A DNA stretch of 64,000 nucleotides from Macrostomum lignano (taxonomy: Eukaryota), in contig NIVC01003325.1 in NCBI GenBank assembly GCA_002269645.1, forward strand, positions 40,082-104,081, read 5' to 3'. The position numbers and the translations under genes are program-made. Positions 12,836 through 26,984 of this stretch are shown here, one piece after another; within the stretch, counting starts at the first letter, position 1, and each line of letters opens with the position of its first letter. The notes beneath the pieces are model-generated. The model ran no database searches. It worked only from the letters and a program-made list of their open reading frames with translations, and was not told the DNA's origin.

Positions 12836-13512
12836 GGCTCACGGGGAATTGCTGAGATGTCAAGGCTCACGGGGAATTTGCTGAGATGTCAAGGCTCACG
12901 GGGAATTGCTGAGATGTCAAGGCTCACGGGTAATCGCTGAGATGTCAAGGCTCACGGGGAATTTGCTGAGATGTCAAGGCTCACGGGGAATTGCTGAGAT
13001 GTCAAGGCTCACGGGTAATCGCTGAGATGTCATGATGCTCATGGGGAATTGCTGAGATGTCAAGGCTCACGGGTAATCGCTGAGATGTCATGGCTCATGG
13101 GGAATTGCTGAGATGTCAAGGCTCACGGGGAATTGCTGAGATGTCAAGGCTCACGGGTAATCGCTGAGATGTCAAGGCTCACGGGGAAATTGCTGAGATG
13201 TCAAGGCTCATGGGGAATTGCTGAGATGTCATGGCTCATGGGGAATTGCTGAGATGTCAAGGCTCACGGGGAATTGCTGAGATGTCAAGGCTCACGGGGA
13301 ATTGCTGAGATGTCAAGGCTCATGGGAAATTGCTGAGATGTCAAGGCTCATGGGAAATTGCTGAGATGTCAAGGCTCATGGGAAATTGCTGAGATGTCAA
13401 GGCTTACGGGGAATTGCTGAAATGTCAAGGCTCATGGGGAATTGCTGAGATGTCAAGGCTCATGGGGAATTGCTGAGATGTCAAGGCTCACGGGGAATTG
13501 CTGAGATGTCAA
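12836..13512. repeat. 28-nt minisatellite (GGCTCACGGGGAATTGCTGAGATGTCAA)
   Basis: About 24 copies; reverse complement resembles the 5721-6128 unit. Confidence 0.95.
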
Positions 13513-14059
13513 TGAAGTCCATGAGGAATTGTTGGGAGTTAGGAAAAATCATTTTCTGTAAGATAACCAAACATAACAATAGCGACTGACTAAGATCAAA
13601 ACCCACAGATTATGAAAATAATTTAATTAATTACTTCTTTGTTGCCTCCAGTCTATATTTAACGTTGCAATTGTATCGTCAGAGAAGCGGTAAAAATAGA
13701 ATTAAGGAAGGTGGAGTAAATTTATTAATAAATTAATTAAGAAGCCATATATACTCAAAAAGAAGAAAATCTAACCGATTGAATTAAAGCAAAAAAACAA
13801 AACCAAAGTGCAGTATTTGATAGGAAAAAGTATTTTATGCGTTATTTAGTCAAACCGTTTACGTAGTCAAAACGACTGGATTTTAATATGCACTTCAATT
13901 TTAGAACAGAGACTTATGTAGTATAGAGAGTTTACCGAAATCTTTCTTGCACTTGAAGTTAGACCTAAGCAAAATATAGGTGTATCAAGCTATTTAGAAA
14001 TAAAATTTTCCATTGAAAACACAGTAAAGTGCAATTACAGCATACACTCACTATAGCAC

Positions 14060-14985
14060 TATGCAGATACAGTCTGCACCACCCACTCAGAGCCACCACC
14101 CACTCAGCTGCACCACCCACTCAGAGTCACCACCCACTCAGAGTCACAACCCACTCCGATCAGCATCACCACCCACTCAGAGTCACCACCCACTCAGAGC
14201 CACCACCCACTCAGCTGCACCACCCACTCAGTCACCACCCACTCAGTCACCACCCACTCAGGGCCACCACCCACTCAGCTGCACCACCCACTCAGTCACC
14301 ACCCACTCAGCATCACCACCCACTCAGAGTCACCACCCACTCAGAGTCACAACCCACTCCGATCAGCATCACCACCCACTCAGAGTCACCACCCACTCAG
14401 AGTCACAACCCACTCCGATCAGCATCACCACCCACTCAGAGTCACCACCCACTCAGAGTCACAACCCACTCCGATCAGCATCACCACCCACTTAGAGTCA
14501 CTAACCACTCAGTTACACCACCCACTCAGGGTCACCACCCACTCAGTTACACCACCCACTCAGTTACACCACCCACTCAGTTACACCACCCACTCAGTTA
14601 CACCACCCACTCAGGGTCACCACCCACTCAGTTACACCACCCACTCAGTTACACCACCCACTCAGTTACACCACCCACTCAGTTACACCACCCACTCAGT
14701 TACACCACCCACTCAGCTGCACCACCCACTCAGTTACACCACCCACTCAGTTATACCACTCACTCAGTTACACCACCCACTCAGTTATACCACTCACTCA
14801 GTTACACCACCCACTCAGTTACACCACCCACTCAGCTGCACCACCCACTCAGTTACACCACCCACTCAGTTACACCACCCACTCAGTTACACCACCCACT
14901 CAGTTACACCACCCACTCAGTTACACCACCCACTCAGTTACACCACCCACTCAGTTACACCACCCACTCAGGGTCACCACCCGCT
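14060..14985. repeat. CACCACCCACTCAG minisatellite (17-nt unit AGTTACACCACCCACTC in the right half)
   Basis: Direct reading; lies just past the lectin stop codon. Confidence 0.95.
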
Positions 14986-15025
14986 CAGCATCTCTTCACC
15001 ATCCAGTTGCTATCCGAACTCGGAG

Positions 15026-18000
15026 CTACTCGAACTCGTTGACCAGCTTAAAGAACTCTGTGGCGATGAAGCCAGTCGGGAGGCTGGGAGGTCCGAACAG
15101 CAGGCAGCTACCGGATCCCGGAATGACCAGAGCGAACAGGCAGGCAGGCTGCAGGCGGAAGCACTGCATCAGGCAGTCAATGGGGGATCTGACGTGCAGG
15201 CCGGACCAATCATGGGCTACAAGCACGCTTGATGTAGCAGAGAAGCTGGGCTGCACATCGCTGGCGTAGAGAGAAGCGCCTTTGGCCACTGAATTCGGAT
15301 TGCAGTGTGCTCAATAATCAGTGAGATTGCAGTGTGTGTGCTCAATAATCAGTGAGATTGCAGTGTGCTCAATAATCAGTGAGATTGCAGTGTGCTCAAT
15401 AATCAGTGAGATTGCAGTGTGCTCAATAATCAGTGAGATTGCAGTGTGTGCTCAATAATCAGTGAGATTGCAGTGTGCTCAATAATCAGTGAGATTGCAG
15501 TGTGTGCTCAATAATCAGTGAGAGTGCAGTGTGTGTGCTCAATAATCAGTGAGATTGCAGTGTGTGCTCAATAATCAGTGAGATTGCAGTGTGCTCAATA
15601 ATCAGTGAGAGTGCAGTGTGTGTGCTCAATAATCAGTGAGATTGCAGCTCAATAATCAGTGAGATTGCAGTGTGCTCAATAATCAGTGAGATTGCAGTGT
15701 GTGCTCAATAATCAGTGAGATTGCAGTGTGCTCAATAATCAGTGAGATTGCAGTGTGTGCTCAATAATCAGTGAGAGTGCAGTGTGTGTGCTCAATAATC
15801 AGTGAGATTGCAGTGTGCTCAATAATCAGTGAGAGTGCAGTGTGTGCTCAATAATCAGTGAGATTGCAGTGTGCTCAATAATCAGTGAGATTGCAGTGTG
15901 TGCTCAATAATCAGTGAGATTGCAGTGTGTGCTCAATAATCAGTGAGATTGCAGTGTGCTCAATAATCAGTGAGATTGCAGTGTGCTCAATAATCAGTGA
16001 GATTGCAGTGTGCTCAATAATCAGTGAGATTGCAGTGTGTGCTCAATAATCAGTGAGATTGCAGTGTGTGTGCTCAATAATCAGTGTCATTGCAGTGTGC
16101 CCAGTAATAAATCATTCTTTACAAATATATTCAGGTGACAAAACAAGCCAGAAGACGGTCTCACCAGCAAAGATGTCCATTTCATAGAAGTGAATGTACC
16201 TGAGATTCGCGTCAGCAACAGCGGTGACATTCATGTACAAGGCGAGATACCTGCCCACAATGAGCCGCGTGCAGTTGATGCTGATTGGCCTCTCAGCGGC
16301 AGTTGGCACGTGTGTGTAGTAAAAGCAGGTGTCGAAGAGGTCTTTGTTGAATGCAGACCACACGGCTGGGTTGTTGGTCACTCCTGGATGGGGTGTGCGG
16401 CGTGAAACATGAAAAACACTCAGATCTGTGCTACATGTAGCTTAGCTAGGCTTGGCATGGGAGGAGCGATCAGAGGGGCGAGTCAAAAACAGACTCATAG
16501 AAGCCCTCACACAGGGTTTCGATAGCGTAATTTTGTTGTTTATTGTTTTCGATTCTGATATTGTGCTGTAGTTTTGCATTGTTTTTTAGGTGTTTTGCTG
16601 TCGCTTTTGTTGTCGCTTTTGTTGTCGCTTTTGTTGTTGCTTTTATTGTTGCTTTTGTTGTCGCTTTTGTTGTTGCTTTTGCTGTCGCTTTTGTTGTTGC
16701 TTTTGCTGTCGCTTTTGTTGTCGCTTTTGCTGTCGCTTTTGTTGTTGCTTTTGCTGTCGCTTTTGTTGTTGCTTTTGCTGTCGCTTTTGTTGTCGCTTTT
16801 GCTGTCGCTTTTGTTGTTGCTTTTGCTGTCGCTTTTGTTGTTGCTTTTGCTGTCGCTTTTGTTGTTGCTTTTGCTGTCGCTTTTGTTGTTGCTTTTGCTG
16901 TCGCTTTTGTTGTCGCTTTTGCTGTCGCTTTTGTTGTTGCTTTTGTTGTCGCTTTTGCTGTCGCTTTTGCTGTCGCTTTGTTGTCGCTTTTGTTGTCGCT
17001 TTTGCTGTCGCTTTGTTGTCGCTTTTGTTGTCGCTTTTGCTGTCGCTTTTGTTGTCGCTTTGTTGTTGCTTTTGTTGTCGCTTTTGTTGTCGCTTTGTTG
17101 TCGCTTTTGCTGTCGCTTTTGTTGTCGCTTTGTTGTTGCTTTTGTTGTCGCTTTTGTTGTCGCTTTGTTGTCGCTTTTTCTGTTGCTTTTTTTGTCGCTT
17201 TGTTGTCGCTTTTGTTATTGAATTTTTTGCAGATTTGTATTTACGCTTGTTTTAGTTTTCTTGTTACTTTTTTGTAGTTTTGTAGTTAATTTTGTCGTTG
17301 TTCTGTTGTCGTTTTGTGTCGTTTTGTTGCTGCCTTTGTTGTTATTGCTGTAAAGAGTAATCTCTGTATTTAATGAAAAAAATGATTTTTTGCTTTCTCG
17401 TGTCTTTACTTTTCCCGTTGCTATTTCTGCAACTGTGATGAAAGCTGCTCACCGATGACTATCTTGGAGAATCTTTTTGACCATCTGTCCGGTCGGTTCC
17501 AGACCCGAACACCGAAGATGGCGTACGGCAGGGACAGGTCCAGCATCAGCCACGGCTGCGGGTCCCAAGGCCTGGTGTGAAACAGTCTTCCACTCGTGGC
17601 TCCGTCGTTCACCTGAATGGGGTTCGCTGATCTCCGATGCGTGGAGGAGGCCCTAACCGGCCTGTTCTTTGGCACCTGGGTCAGCTCGAAGCCTGCGAAG
17701 TGAGTGACGGTTTTTAATTGGTTTGACGATCTATTATGATCTACCGTGATCTACTGTAGTCCAACATGATCTACCGTGATCTACTGTAGTCCAACATGAT
17801 CTACCGTGATCTACAGTAGATCCAACATGATCTACCGTGATCTACTGTAGTCCAACATGATCTACCGTGATAGAATTTGATATAGCTACTGTGGTTTACC
17901 TTAATCTATCTTAAACTCCTGTGATCTACCGTCATTTTCTGTGATCTACCGTCATTTTCTGTGATCTACCGTCATTTTCTGTGATCTACCGTCATTTTCT

Positions 18001-18686
18001 GTGATCTACCGTCATTTTCTGTGATCTACCGCAATCTACCGTGATCTTCTGTGATCTACTGTGATCTACCGCGATTTTCTGTGATCTACCGCAATCTACC
18101 AAGATCTATTTTGGCAGCATGTGGTTTTTAACTCGCACTGAAACGCCCACTCGAAGGGGGGAAATGGATGGAAACCTGACTTTTACTTTAATTGATGGTT
18201 AAGACAAAGCTAAAACAAAAATGCTTTTCAAAACAGCGATTGCAGGAAATTGGAAGAGATTTGGTTGGCAACCATTAGCGATGCATTTTGCCTTCGCTTC
18301 CTGCCGTTCATATTTGCAGATTGTCTGTCTGTCACCTAAAATCACCTTCAAACCCGGGTTGCCTTACCGCAATCCGACATCGGTGACAAACATGACAACC
18401 CCCAAGATACTCTACCCCTACCTTCCTTCCTACCTACCTACCTACCTACCTACCAACCAACCTACCAACCTACCTACCTACCTACCTACCTACCTACCTA
18501 CCTACCTACCTACCTACCAACCTACCTACCTACCTATCTACCTATGTTCCTATCTGCCTACCTACCAGCCTTTTCGCAGAGGCCAAAGCAACAAAGACAA
18601 GAATCTCACTCACCAGTCACAGCCGCAAAGCAAATATGCCCGACCAACAGTCCGTAAAAAAGTTGGTGGCCGAACTTCACTTTCAT
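15026..18686 (-). CDS. Secreted F-type (fucose-binding) lectin domain + C-terminal PAN/apple-like module; exons 18686-18614, 17692-17453, 16383-16165, 15288-15026; 264 aa
   Basis: Exon 1 [25 protein letters not shown] is signal-peptide-like. Exons 2-3 carry [49 protein letters not shown] (FTP/F5-8C pattern, HX27RXDX4R). Exon 4 has the Cys pattern IDCLMQC..PAC..GSCLL. All three introns GT-AG, phase 1; 795 nt ending in TAG. Confidence 0.85.
15298..16100. repeat. 27-nt minisatellite (GAGATTGCAGTGTGCTCAATAATCAGT, variable GT) in lectin intron 3
   Basis: About 28 copies, ending ~8 nt from the acceptor. Confidence 0.95.
16590..17270. repeat. 12-nt (GTTGTCGCTTTT)n in lectin intron 2
   Basis: Direct reading; explains the FVVA/LLLS/CCRF ORFs. 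Confidence 0.95.
17730..18110. repeat. GATCTACCGT-based arrays (30-nt then 20-nt units) in lectin intron 1
   Basis: Direct reading. Confidence 0.9.
18415..18570. repeat. (CCTA)n microsatellite in lectin intron 1
   Basis: Direct reading. Confidence 0.95.
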
Positions 18687-18903
18687 TTCCTTTAGAAAAG
18701 TTTTTACGTCGTAAAGGAATTCGGATCCGATGGTAAAGCTGTTGCAGCTGTTTAATGTGACCTGCTCTTAAATTTCCTGAAACTGCAGTATCTGACTCTT
18801 CTTTATCCAATGCCCCCATTCCCATTGGATCGGCATTGCAAACTCAATGCCTTCATTTCTGCTCAGGCAGTAGCTACCTCTGTGTTGGTCTTGAGCAAAC
18901 AAA

Positions 18904-20323
18904 ATCCCGATCCCAGATCCCGATCCCAGATCCCGATCCCAGATCCCGATCCCAGATCCCGATCCCAGATCCCGATCCCAGATCCCGATCCCAGATCCCG
19001 ATCCCAGATCCCGATCCCAGATCCCGATCCCAGATCCCGATCCCAGATCCCGATCCCAGATCCCGATCCCAGATCCCGATCCCAGATCCCGATCCCAGAT
19101 CCCGATCCCAGATCCCGATCCCAGATCCCGATCCCAGATCCCGATCCCAGATCCCGATCCCAGATCCCGATTCCAGATCCCGATCCCAGATCCCGATCCC
19201 AGATCCCGATCCCAGATCCCGATCCCAGATCCCGATCCCAGATCCCGATCCCAGATCCCGATCCCAGATCCCGATCCCAGATCCCGATCCCAGATCCCGA
19301 TCCCAGATCCCGATCCCAGATCCCGATCCCAGATCCCGATCCCAGATCCCGATCCCAGATCCCGATCCCAGATCCCGATCCCAGATCCCGATCCAGATCC
19401 CGATCCCAGATCCCGATCCCAGATCCCGATCCCAGATCCCGATCCCAGATCCCGATCCCAGATCCCGATCCCAGATCCCGATCCCAGATCCCGATCCCAG
19501 ATCCCGATCCCAGATCCCGATCCCAGATCCCGATCCCAGATCCCGATCCCAGATCCCGATCCCAGATCCCGATCCCAGATCCCGATCCCAGATCCCGATC
19601 CCAGATCCCGATCCCAGATCCCGATCCCAGATCCCGATCCCAGATCCCGATCCCAGATCCCGATCCCAGATCCCGATCCCAGATCCCGATCCCAGATCCC
19701 GATCCCAGATCCCGATCCCAGATCCCGATCCCAGATCCCGATCCCAGATCCCGATCCCAGATCCCGATCCCAGATCCCGATCCCAGATCCCGATCCCAGA
19801 TCCCGATCCCAGATCCCGATCCCAGATCCCGATCCCAGATCCCGATCCCAGATCCCGATCCCAGATCCCGATCCCAGATCCCGATCCCAGATCCCGATCC
19901 CAGATCCCGATCCCAGATCCCGATCCCAGATCCCGATCCCAGATCCCGATCCCAGATCCCGATCCCAGATCCCGATCCCAGATCCCGATCCCAGATCCCG
20001 ATCCCAGATCCCGATCCCAGATCCCGATCCCAGATCCCGATCCCAGATCCCGATCCCAGATCCCGATCCCAGATCCCGATCCCAGATCCCGATCCCAGAT
20101 CCCGATCCCAGATCCCGATCCCAGATCCCGATCCCAGATCCCGATCCCAGATCCCGATCCCAGATCCCGATCCCAGATCCCGATCCCAGATCCCGATCCC
20201 AGATCCCGATCCCAGATCCCGATCCCAGATCCCGATCCCAGATCCCGATCCCAGATCCCGATCCCAGATCCCGATCCCAGATCCCGATCCCAGATCCCGA
20301 TCCCAGATCCCGATCCCATCCCG
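18904..20323. repeat. Near-perfect 13-nt array (ATCCCGATCCCAG)n, ~109 copies
   Basis: Only two visible irregularities (~19170 and ~19395); explains four ~500-aa ORFs. Confidence 0.98.
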
Positions 20324-20689
20324 ATTACAGTATGAAAGAATCAGTTGATTTGTTACATATCTCACTTATTTAACTTGATGGAATAACATCTATTGCAGTG
20401 ATGGAATGTATTTTTGATTCGGAAATTTTGGAAATCGCACACTCACTGTTCTCCATTAACGTTTATTAAAAAACAGCATACATATAATGCACATTTTACG
20501 TTCGTTTGTGCATGATACTAGTAACAGTAGGTTAATGAAGCTATGCTTGTAAAAACACTTATATGACAAGATTTCCACTCATTTAATTATTTAAAGACCC
20601 TTTCGGTGTCGAGGCAAAAGTAAAAAAAATACATGTATTCAATTCAGGTGTGTCAGAGTTCATGATTGAGATGTGTCTCAGTATTGATG

Positions 20690-21120
20690 TCATAGTACAT
20701 GATTGATGTCACAGTACATGATTGATGTCGAAGTACATGATTGATGTCACAGTACATGATTGATGTCACAGTACATGATTGATGTCACAGTACATGATTG
20801 ATGTCACAGTACATGATTGATGTCATAATACATGATTGATGTCATAATACATGATTGATGTCAAAGTACATGATTGATGTCACAGTACATGATTGATGTC
20901 AAAGTACATGATTGATGTCACAGTACATGATTGATGTCATATTACATGATTGATGTCATAATACATGATTGATGTCATAGTACATGATTGATGTCACAGT
21001 ACATGATTGATGTCAAAGTACATGATTGATGTCATAGTACATGATTGATGTCACAGTACATGATTGATGTCAAAGTACATGATTGATGTCATAGTACATG
21101 ATTGATGTCACAGTCCATAA
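20690..21120. repeat. 19-nt minisatellite (GTACATGATTGATGTCACA)
   Basis: About 22 copies. Confidence 0.95.
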
Positions 21121-21151
21121 TTGATGTCTCATCACATGAATAATGTCCCAC

Positions 21152-21601
21152 TTAGTTCACGGAGTTTCGTGAATGGCAGGCCTCCAGCTGCAGGGACATT
21201 CTGCCTCGGTGCCTCCCTCCGCTGCTGCCGCCCTTGCCAACTGCGATGGTGACGAGGTCGCAGCATCCGAGCTCAGCCTCCACGATGCTGCACGCGCTGT
21301 CCTTGTACTTCTCGAAGGACAGGAAGCCCGTGATGACCATGCCCTCGAGGATCTTGATCTCCCGGCCGGCTTCCTTGGACAGCTCGGCTGGCAGCTGGTA
21401 GAAAGTCCAGCTGCCGCTGCCGCCTCTTGATGTTGATTTTCGATGCAGCTGCTGGGATCGACTGGGAGCCCCTGCTGCTGGCTGAGCCAACAGCCGCTCC
21501 TGGGGCGGCCACGGCTGCGACTGCTCGAGCGGATTTTCCTCTGCTGACTGGCTTGGGCTCTGTTCGTGACGTCCGAGCATCAGGCACTGGCTCAGGCCCA
21601 T
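21152..21601 (-). CDS. Probable terminal coding exon of an unidentified gene, possibly with a 1-nt frameshift near 21405
   Basis: GC-rich unique block after a CTAAT..CCAG acceptor at 21602-21604. GC3-rich codons for FYQLPAELSKEAGREIKILEGMVITGFLSFEKYKDSAC, TAA at 21154-21152, minus-strand AATAAA at 20462-20467. Family not recognised. Confidence 0.5.
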   Translation of the reverse strand: MGLSQCLMLGRHEQSPSQSAEENPLEQSQPWPPQERLLAQPAAGAPSRSQQLHRKSTSRGGSGSWTFYQLPAELSKEAGREIKILEGMVITGFLSFEKYKDSACSIVEAELGCCDLVTIAVGKGGSSGGRHRGRMSLQLEACHSRNSVN

Positions 21602-21605
21602 CTGG

Positions 21606-21983
<378 letters not shown>

Positions 21984-22164
21984 TTGTGTTCCCTCAGCCC
22001 CCAAAGCTAGTCTTTTTCTGTCTTGTTTCTTTTGCTGCATCGATCTTCCTTCGCGGATCGTCTTTACCGGCTACATTGAGTAGAGATATTTTGATATTTC
22101 CGTCAAGGACTTTGTCGTCCTTGATTTCCGATTTGCGCTGTTGTGCAGCCCATCCGCCTTCTTA

Positions 22165-22500
22165 TAACTGCCAATCTAATTAACTTCTAGTCTAACTGCC
22201 AATCTAATTAACTACCAGTTGAACTGCCAATCTAATTAACTACCAGTCTAACTGCCAATCTAATTAACTACCAGTTGAACTGCCAATCTAATTAACTACC
22301 AGTCTAACTGCCAATCTAATTAACTACCAGTTGAACTGCCAATCTAATTAACTACCAGTTGAACTGCCGATCTAATTAACTACCATTCTCTGCAAGTCTA
22401 ATTAACTGCCAATCCAATTGATAATCTAATCAACTACCAAACTAACTGCCAATCTAACTACCAACCTACTCTATAACTATCAATCTAGCTACCAATCTAA
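22165..22500. repeat. 28-nt minisatellite (AACTGCCAATCTAATTAACTACCAGTYK)
   Basis: About 8 good copies plus a degenerate tail. Confidence 0.9.
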
Positions 22501-23114
22501 CTTCTAATCAGCATATAATTACCGATCCCACTGCCTTAAGTATAGCAACCAAAAGTCACAGAATACAAAGCAAATAACTGAGTACAAAACTTACAATTTT
22601 AGTCAGGAATTTCTTGGTCAGCCAGTTGAGTTTCAATTTCAATAAGGAGAGAATTTTGGAATAAAATCCGTTGACAATTTGTTTTATCGAATCCAAGCCG
22701 CGCAACCATTGGCTGAAGGCTCGGGATCAGCATTTAATCCTCGGATTAGTGGCAAAATTTCCTCAGAATTCTGTCTGGCCAAATGCAGGGAACGCCTACT
22801 AGGAATCGATTTATGAATTTCCAAAAATCGCTCAAAATCATTTCCGTTGCCGGAGATGGCGCTGAAGGCTGAAGTTTAGGATTTCGCTGTTTCGGAATCA
22901 TTTTTATCCCGCACAAGCCGCCCAGTTCAAACTTCAATGTTGGTTTAAAGTCACCCTCTATTCCGGACTGTCAGGTCTTTTTAAGGCTTATGCATTAATT
23001 GTAAAAAATGAACCACCGTTGCGTATTGAGCGCGTTAATTGTGGTCTATCTGGAAAATTAAGGACAGTTATTGTTTTCGCTGCCATTTTTGAGTTCGTCT
23101 TTCTACGATCTATA

Positions 23115-24000
<886 letters not shown>

Positions 24001-24309
24001 GTCTGTGTTCGTGTACTTTTATTTTTTAATTTCCATCAGAGTGAACATGGCGCAGTCCCCAGAGACGTCAGGCTCGAATCCTTGGTGTTTGTCTCGCACG
24101 TAGAGGGGACTCAAAGCATACAGCCAGAGCCGAGTAGTTCAATCAAGTCTCTCCTTCAACAGTTATTAAAATTTCCTGATTAAGTTTTGCACCAGTCACG
24201 ATACCTATGGCGCATTTTAACTCACGTGATTTGACTTGTACAGAACAGCTGCTTGAAATATTGATCTTCTGCCGGACCAATTAGTGCCGCTAATTTCCCA
24301 GATCGCATT

Positions 24310-25160
24310 ACCTCACTCCCCTCAATGTACATGTGTATAGGGTAGGGCCCAACCTCCCTCCCCTCAATGTACATGTGTACAGGGTAGGGCCCAACCTCCC
24401 TCCCCTCAATGTACATGTGTATAGGGTAGGGCCCAACCTCACTCCCCTCAATGTACATGTGTACAGGGTAGGGCCCAACCTCCCTCCCCTCAATGTACAT
24501 GTTTATAGGGTAGGGCCCAACCTTACTCCCCTCAATGTACATGTGTACAGGGTAGGGCCCAACCTCACTCCCCTCAATGTACATGTGTGTTTAGGGTAGG
24601 GCGCAACCTCACTCCCCTCAATGTACATGTGTGTTTAGGGTAGGGCGCAACCTCACTCCCCTCAATGTACATGTGTATAGGGTAGGGCGCAACCTCCCTC
24701 CCCTCAATGTACATGTGTACAGGGTAGGGCCCAACCTCACTCCCCTCAATGTACATGTGTGTTTAGGGTAGGGCGCAACCTCACTCCCCTCAATGTACAT
24801 GTGTGTTTAGGGTAGGGCGCAACCTCACTCCCCTCAATGTACATGTGTGTTTAGGGTAGGGCGCAACCTCACTCCCCTCAATGTACATGTGTATAGGGTA
24901 GGGCGCAACCTCACTCCCCTCAATGTACATGTGTACAGGGTAGGGCCCAACCTCACTCCCCTCAATGTACATGTGTGTTTAGGGTAGGGCGCAACCTCAC
25001 TCCCCTCAATGTACATGTGTATAGGGTAGGGCGCAACCTCACTCCCCTCTATGTACATGTGTACAGGGTAGGGCGCAACCTCACTCCCCTCAATGTACAT
25101 GTGTACAGGGTAGGGCGCAACCTCACTCCCCTTTATGTACATGTGTACAGGGTAGGGCCA
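24310..25160. repeat. 42/44-nt minisatellite (AATGTACATGTGTACAGGGTAGGGCCCAACCTCACTCCCCTC)
   Basis: About 20 copies. Confidence 0.96.
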
Positions 25161-25907
25161 GCCCCATTACTCTCAATGTTATTACAAGGAGCACTGGAAT
25201 GTTTGGCAGTTCCTTTAGTTCAATAGTCCTTGGTTTTGCCATAGACAAAGTAGAAAAAGGCACTTCAGAGACAGGAACAGCTGGAATCTCTAGCAGTGCA
25301 GCTTGGATAAAACACATACATGTACATTTAATTTAGAATCTGACAGTCCAGATGTTGAACCATTAGGAATTTGAAGCTAAAAAAAATAATTCCAAAACGA
25401 AAAACGGTCTTCTGCTTGAGTTGCCAACGCTTCAAGTGGACCCAGCAACGTGGATTGAAGGTGCAGTTAAAATGTATAATAATTCTGCATAAAATTCGTG
25501 TATTATAAAACATCATCAGGTATCGTAAGTTGAAAATTTGCAGGTAATAAAAACACAAATTACTCAAGCCATGCAATCGGGAGAGATGACTAGTAGATAA
25601 AACTATAAATTTGCGTGACCACAAAAATGCTCGCATATACGAGTGATACTACTAAATCGAGAGTCGCGAGTAGAAACAAACGAATATGCTAGTGGTTGTA
25701 AACTGTCGTTACTAAAATAATAATTAGGATTTCTAAAACTAGAAACAAAATTTGTTTTGAAGACGAATTCAAAGGAAGACGAACTTAATATTGAATTGTT
25801 GAGCGTAAAAACCTTATAAAAAGAGTAATGAATTACAACTGTAATAATAAATTTTGCTATTTGTGACAACGTATGCAAAACGCAATACAACAAATACTAG
25901 TTTATCG

Positions 25908-26330
25908 GGCACAGGTGTACATTGGGTACAGAAGTTTATGGGGCCCAGGTGTACATTAGGGGGGGCAGAAGTTTATGGGGCACAGGTGTACATTGGGGGG
26001 GCAGAAGTTTTTGAGGCACAGGTGTACATTGGGGACAGAAGTTTATGAGGCACAGGTGTACATTGGGGACAGAAGTTTATGAGGCACAGGTGTACATTAG
26101 GGGGGGGGGCAAAAGTTTATGGGGCACAGGTGTACATTGGGGGGGGGGGCAGAAGTTTATGGGGCACAGGTGTACATTGGGGGGGCAGAAGTTTATGGGG
26201 CACAGGTGTACATTAGGGACAGAAGTTTATGGGGCACAGGTGTACATTAGGGACAGAAGTTTATGGGGCACAGGTGTACATTAGGGACAGAAGTTTATGG
26301 GGCACAGGTGTACATTGGGGACAGAAGTTT
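25908..26330. repeat. 34-nt minisatellite (GGGGCACAGGTGTACATTAGGGACAGAAGTTTAT)
   Basis: About 12 copies with variable G-runs. Confidence 0.95.
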
Positions 26331-26984
26331 GTGGAGAACTTTTGAATACCGTAAGTTAAAAGTTAGCGGCAGTTGATCAGAAAACCAACTCCATGAAGCG
26401 GCAATTGCAATCATATTTATTAATAGAAAGCAGGTACAAATACTCGTAACTCACAGGGGTGAGAAAATTGAAAAACAAAAAACGCAGATATTGAAACTAT
26501 TGTGTGAGAACAAAAAATATAAAACGGCATTCTGTGACTAGATAAACAGAACAGCGGGCAGCTAAAATACTAATAAACAGTCAGGTGTTTTAAAAACATG
26601 AAAAAGCATATTCAAGGATTCAAAAGTAAATACTGCACACATCGGTCATACAATGGTAAGAAGAAAATAAAAACATAATAAGCGTTAATAAAAATATTTC
26701 ATTTTTTACAAAAACGTTTCTTCTTATAGCAAATACTGAGACAGGTCCACAGTTTACCCGGGAAGACATTGAAAATCTGAAAAGTGAGATCATTCCTTAG
26801 AATTAAAACCATTGAAGAGTGCTTTCCTAGAATATGACTAAAGAATGACGATTTCATAAAATCTGACTAGATAGATATGCGATTTCTAAGAATCCGACTA
26901 GTTAAATTGCAGTTTCTTAGAATATAACCTAATAAATGCTGGTTTCTTAGAATCAGAATAGAAAAAACGTTTCTTAGAACCCAA

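Noticed and set aside
14029-15042. His/Pro/Thr-rich mucin-like ORFs
   Set aside because: They coincide exactly with the 17-nt array, with no splice or start context.
18340-18410. Strong CG|GTAAGG donor at 18367 as an extra lectin exon
   Set aside because: No acceptable upstream acceptor gives a phase-1/phase-1 exon, and the gene is complete without it.
18810-20365. Four ~500-aa ORFs (PDPRSRSQIPI / GSGSGIGIWDRDL)
   Set aside because: The 13-nt unit lacks stops in all frames; satellite artefact.
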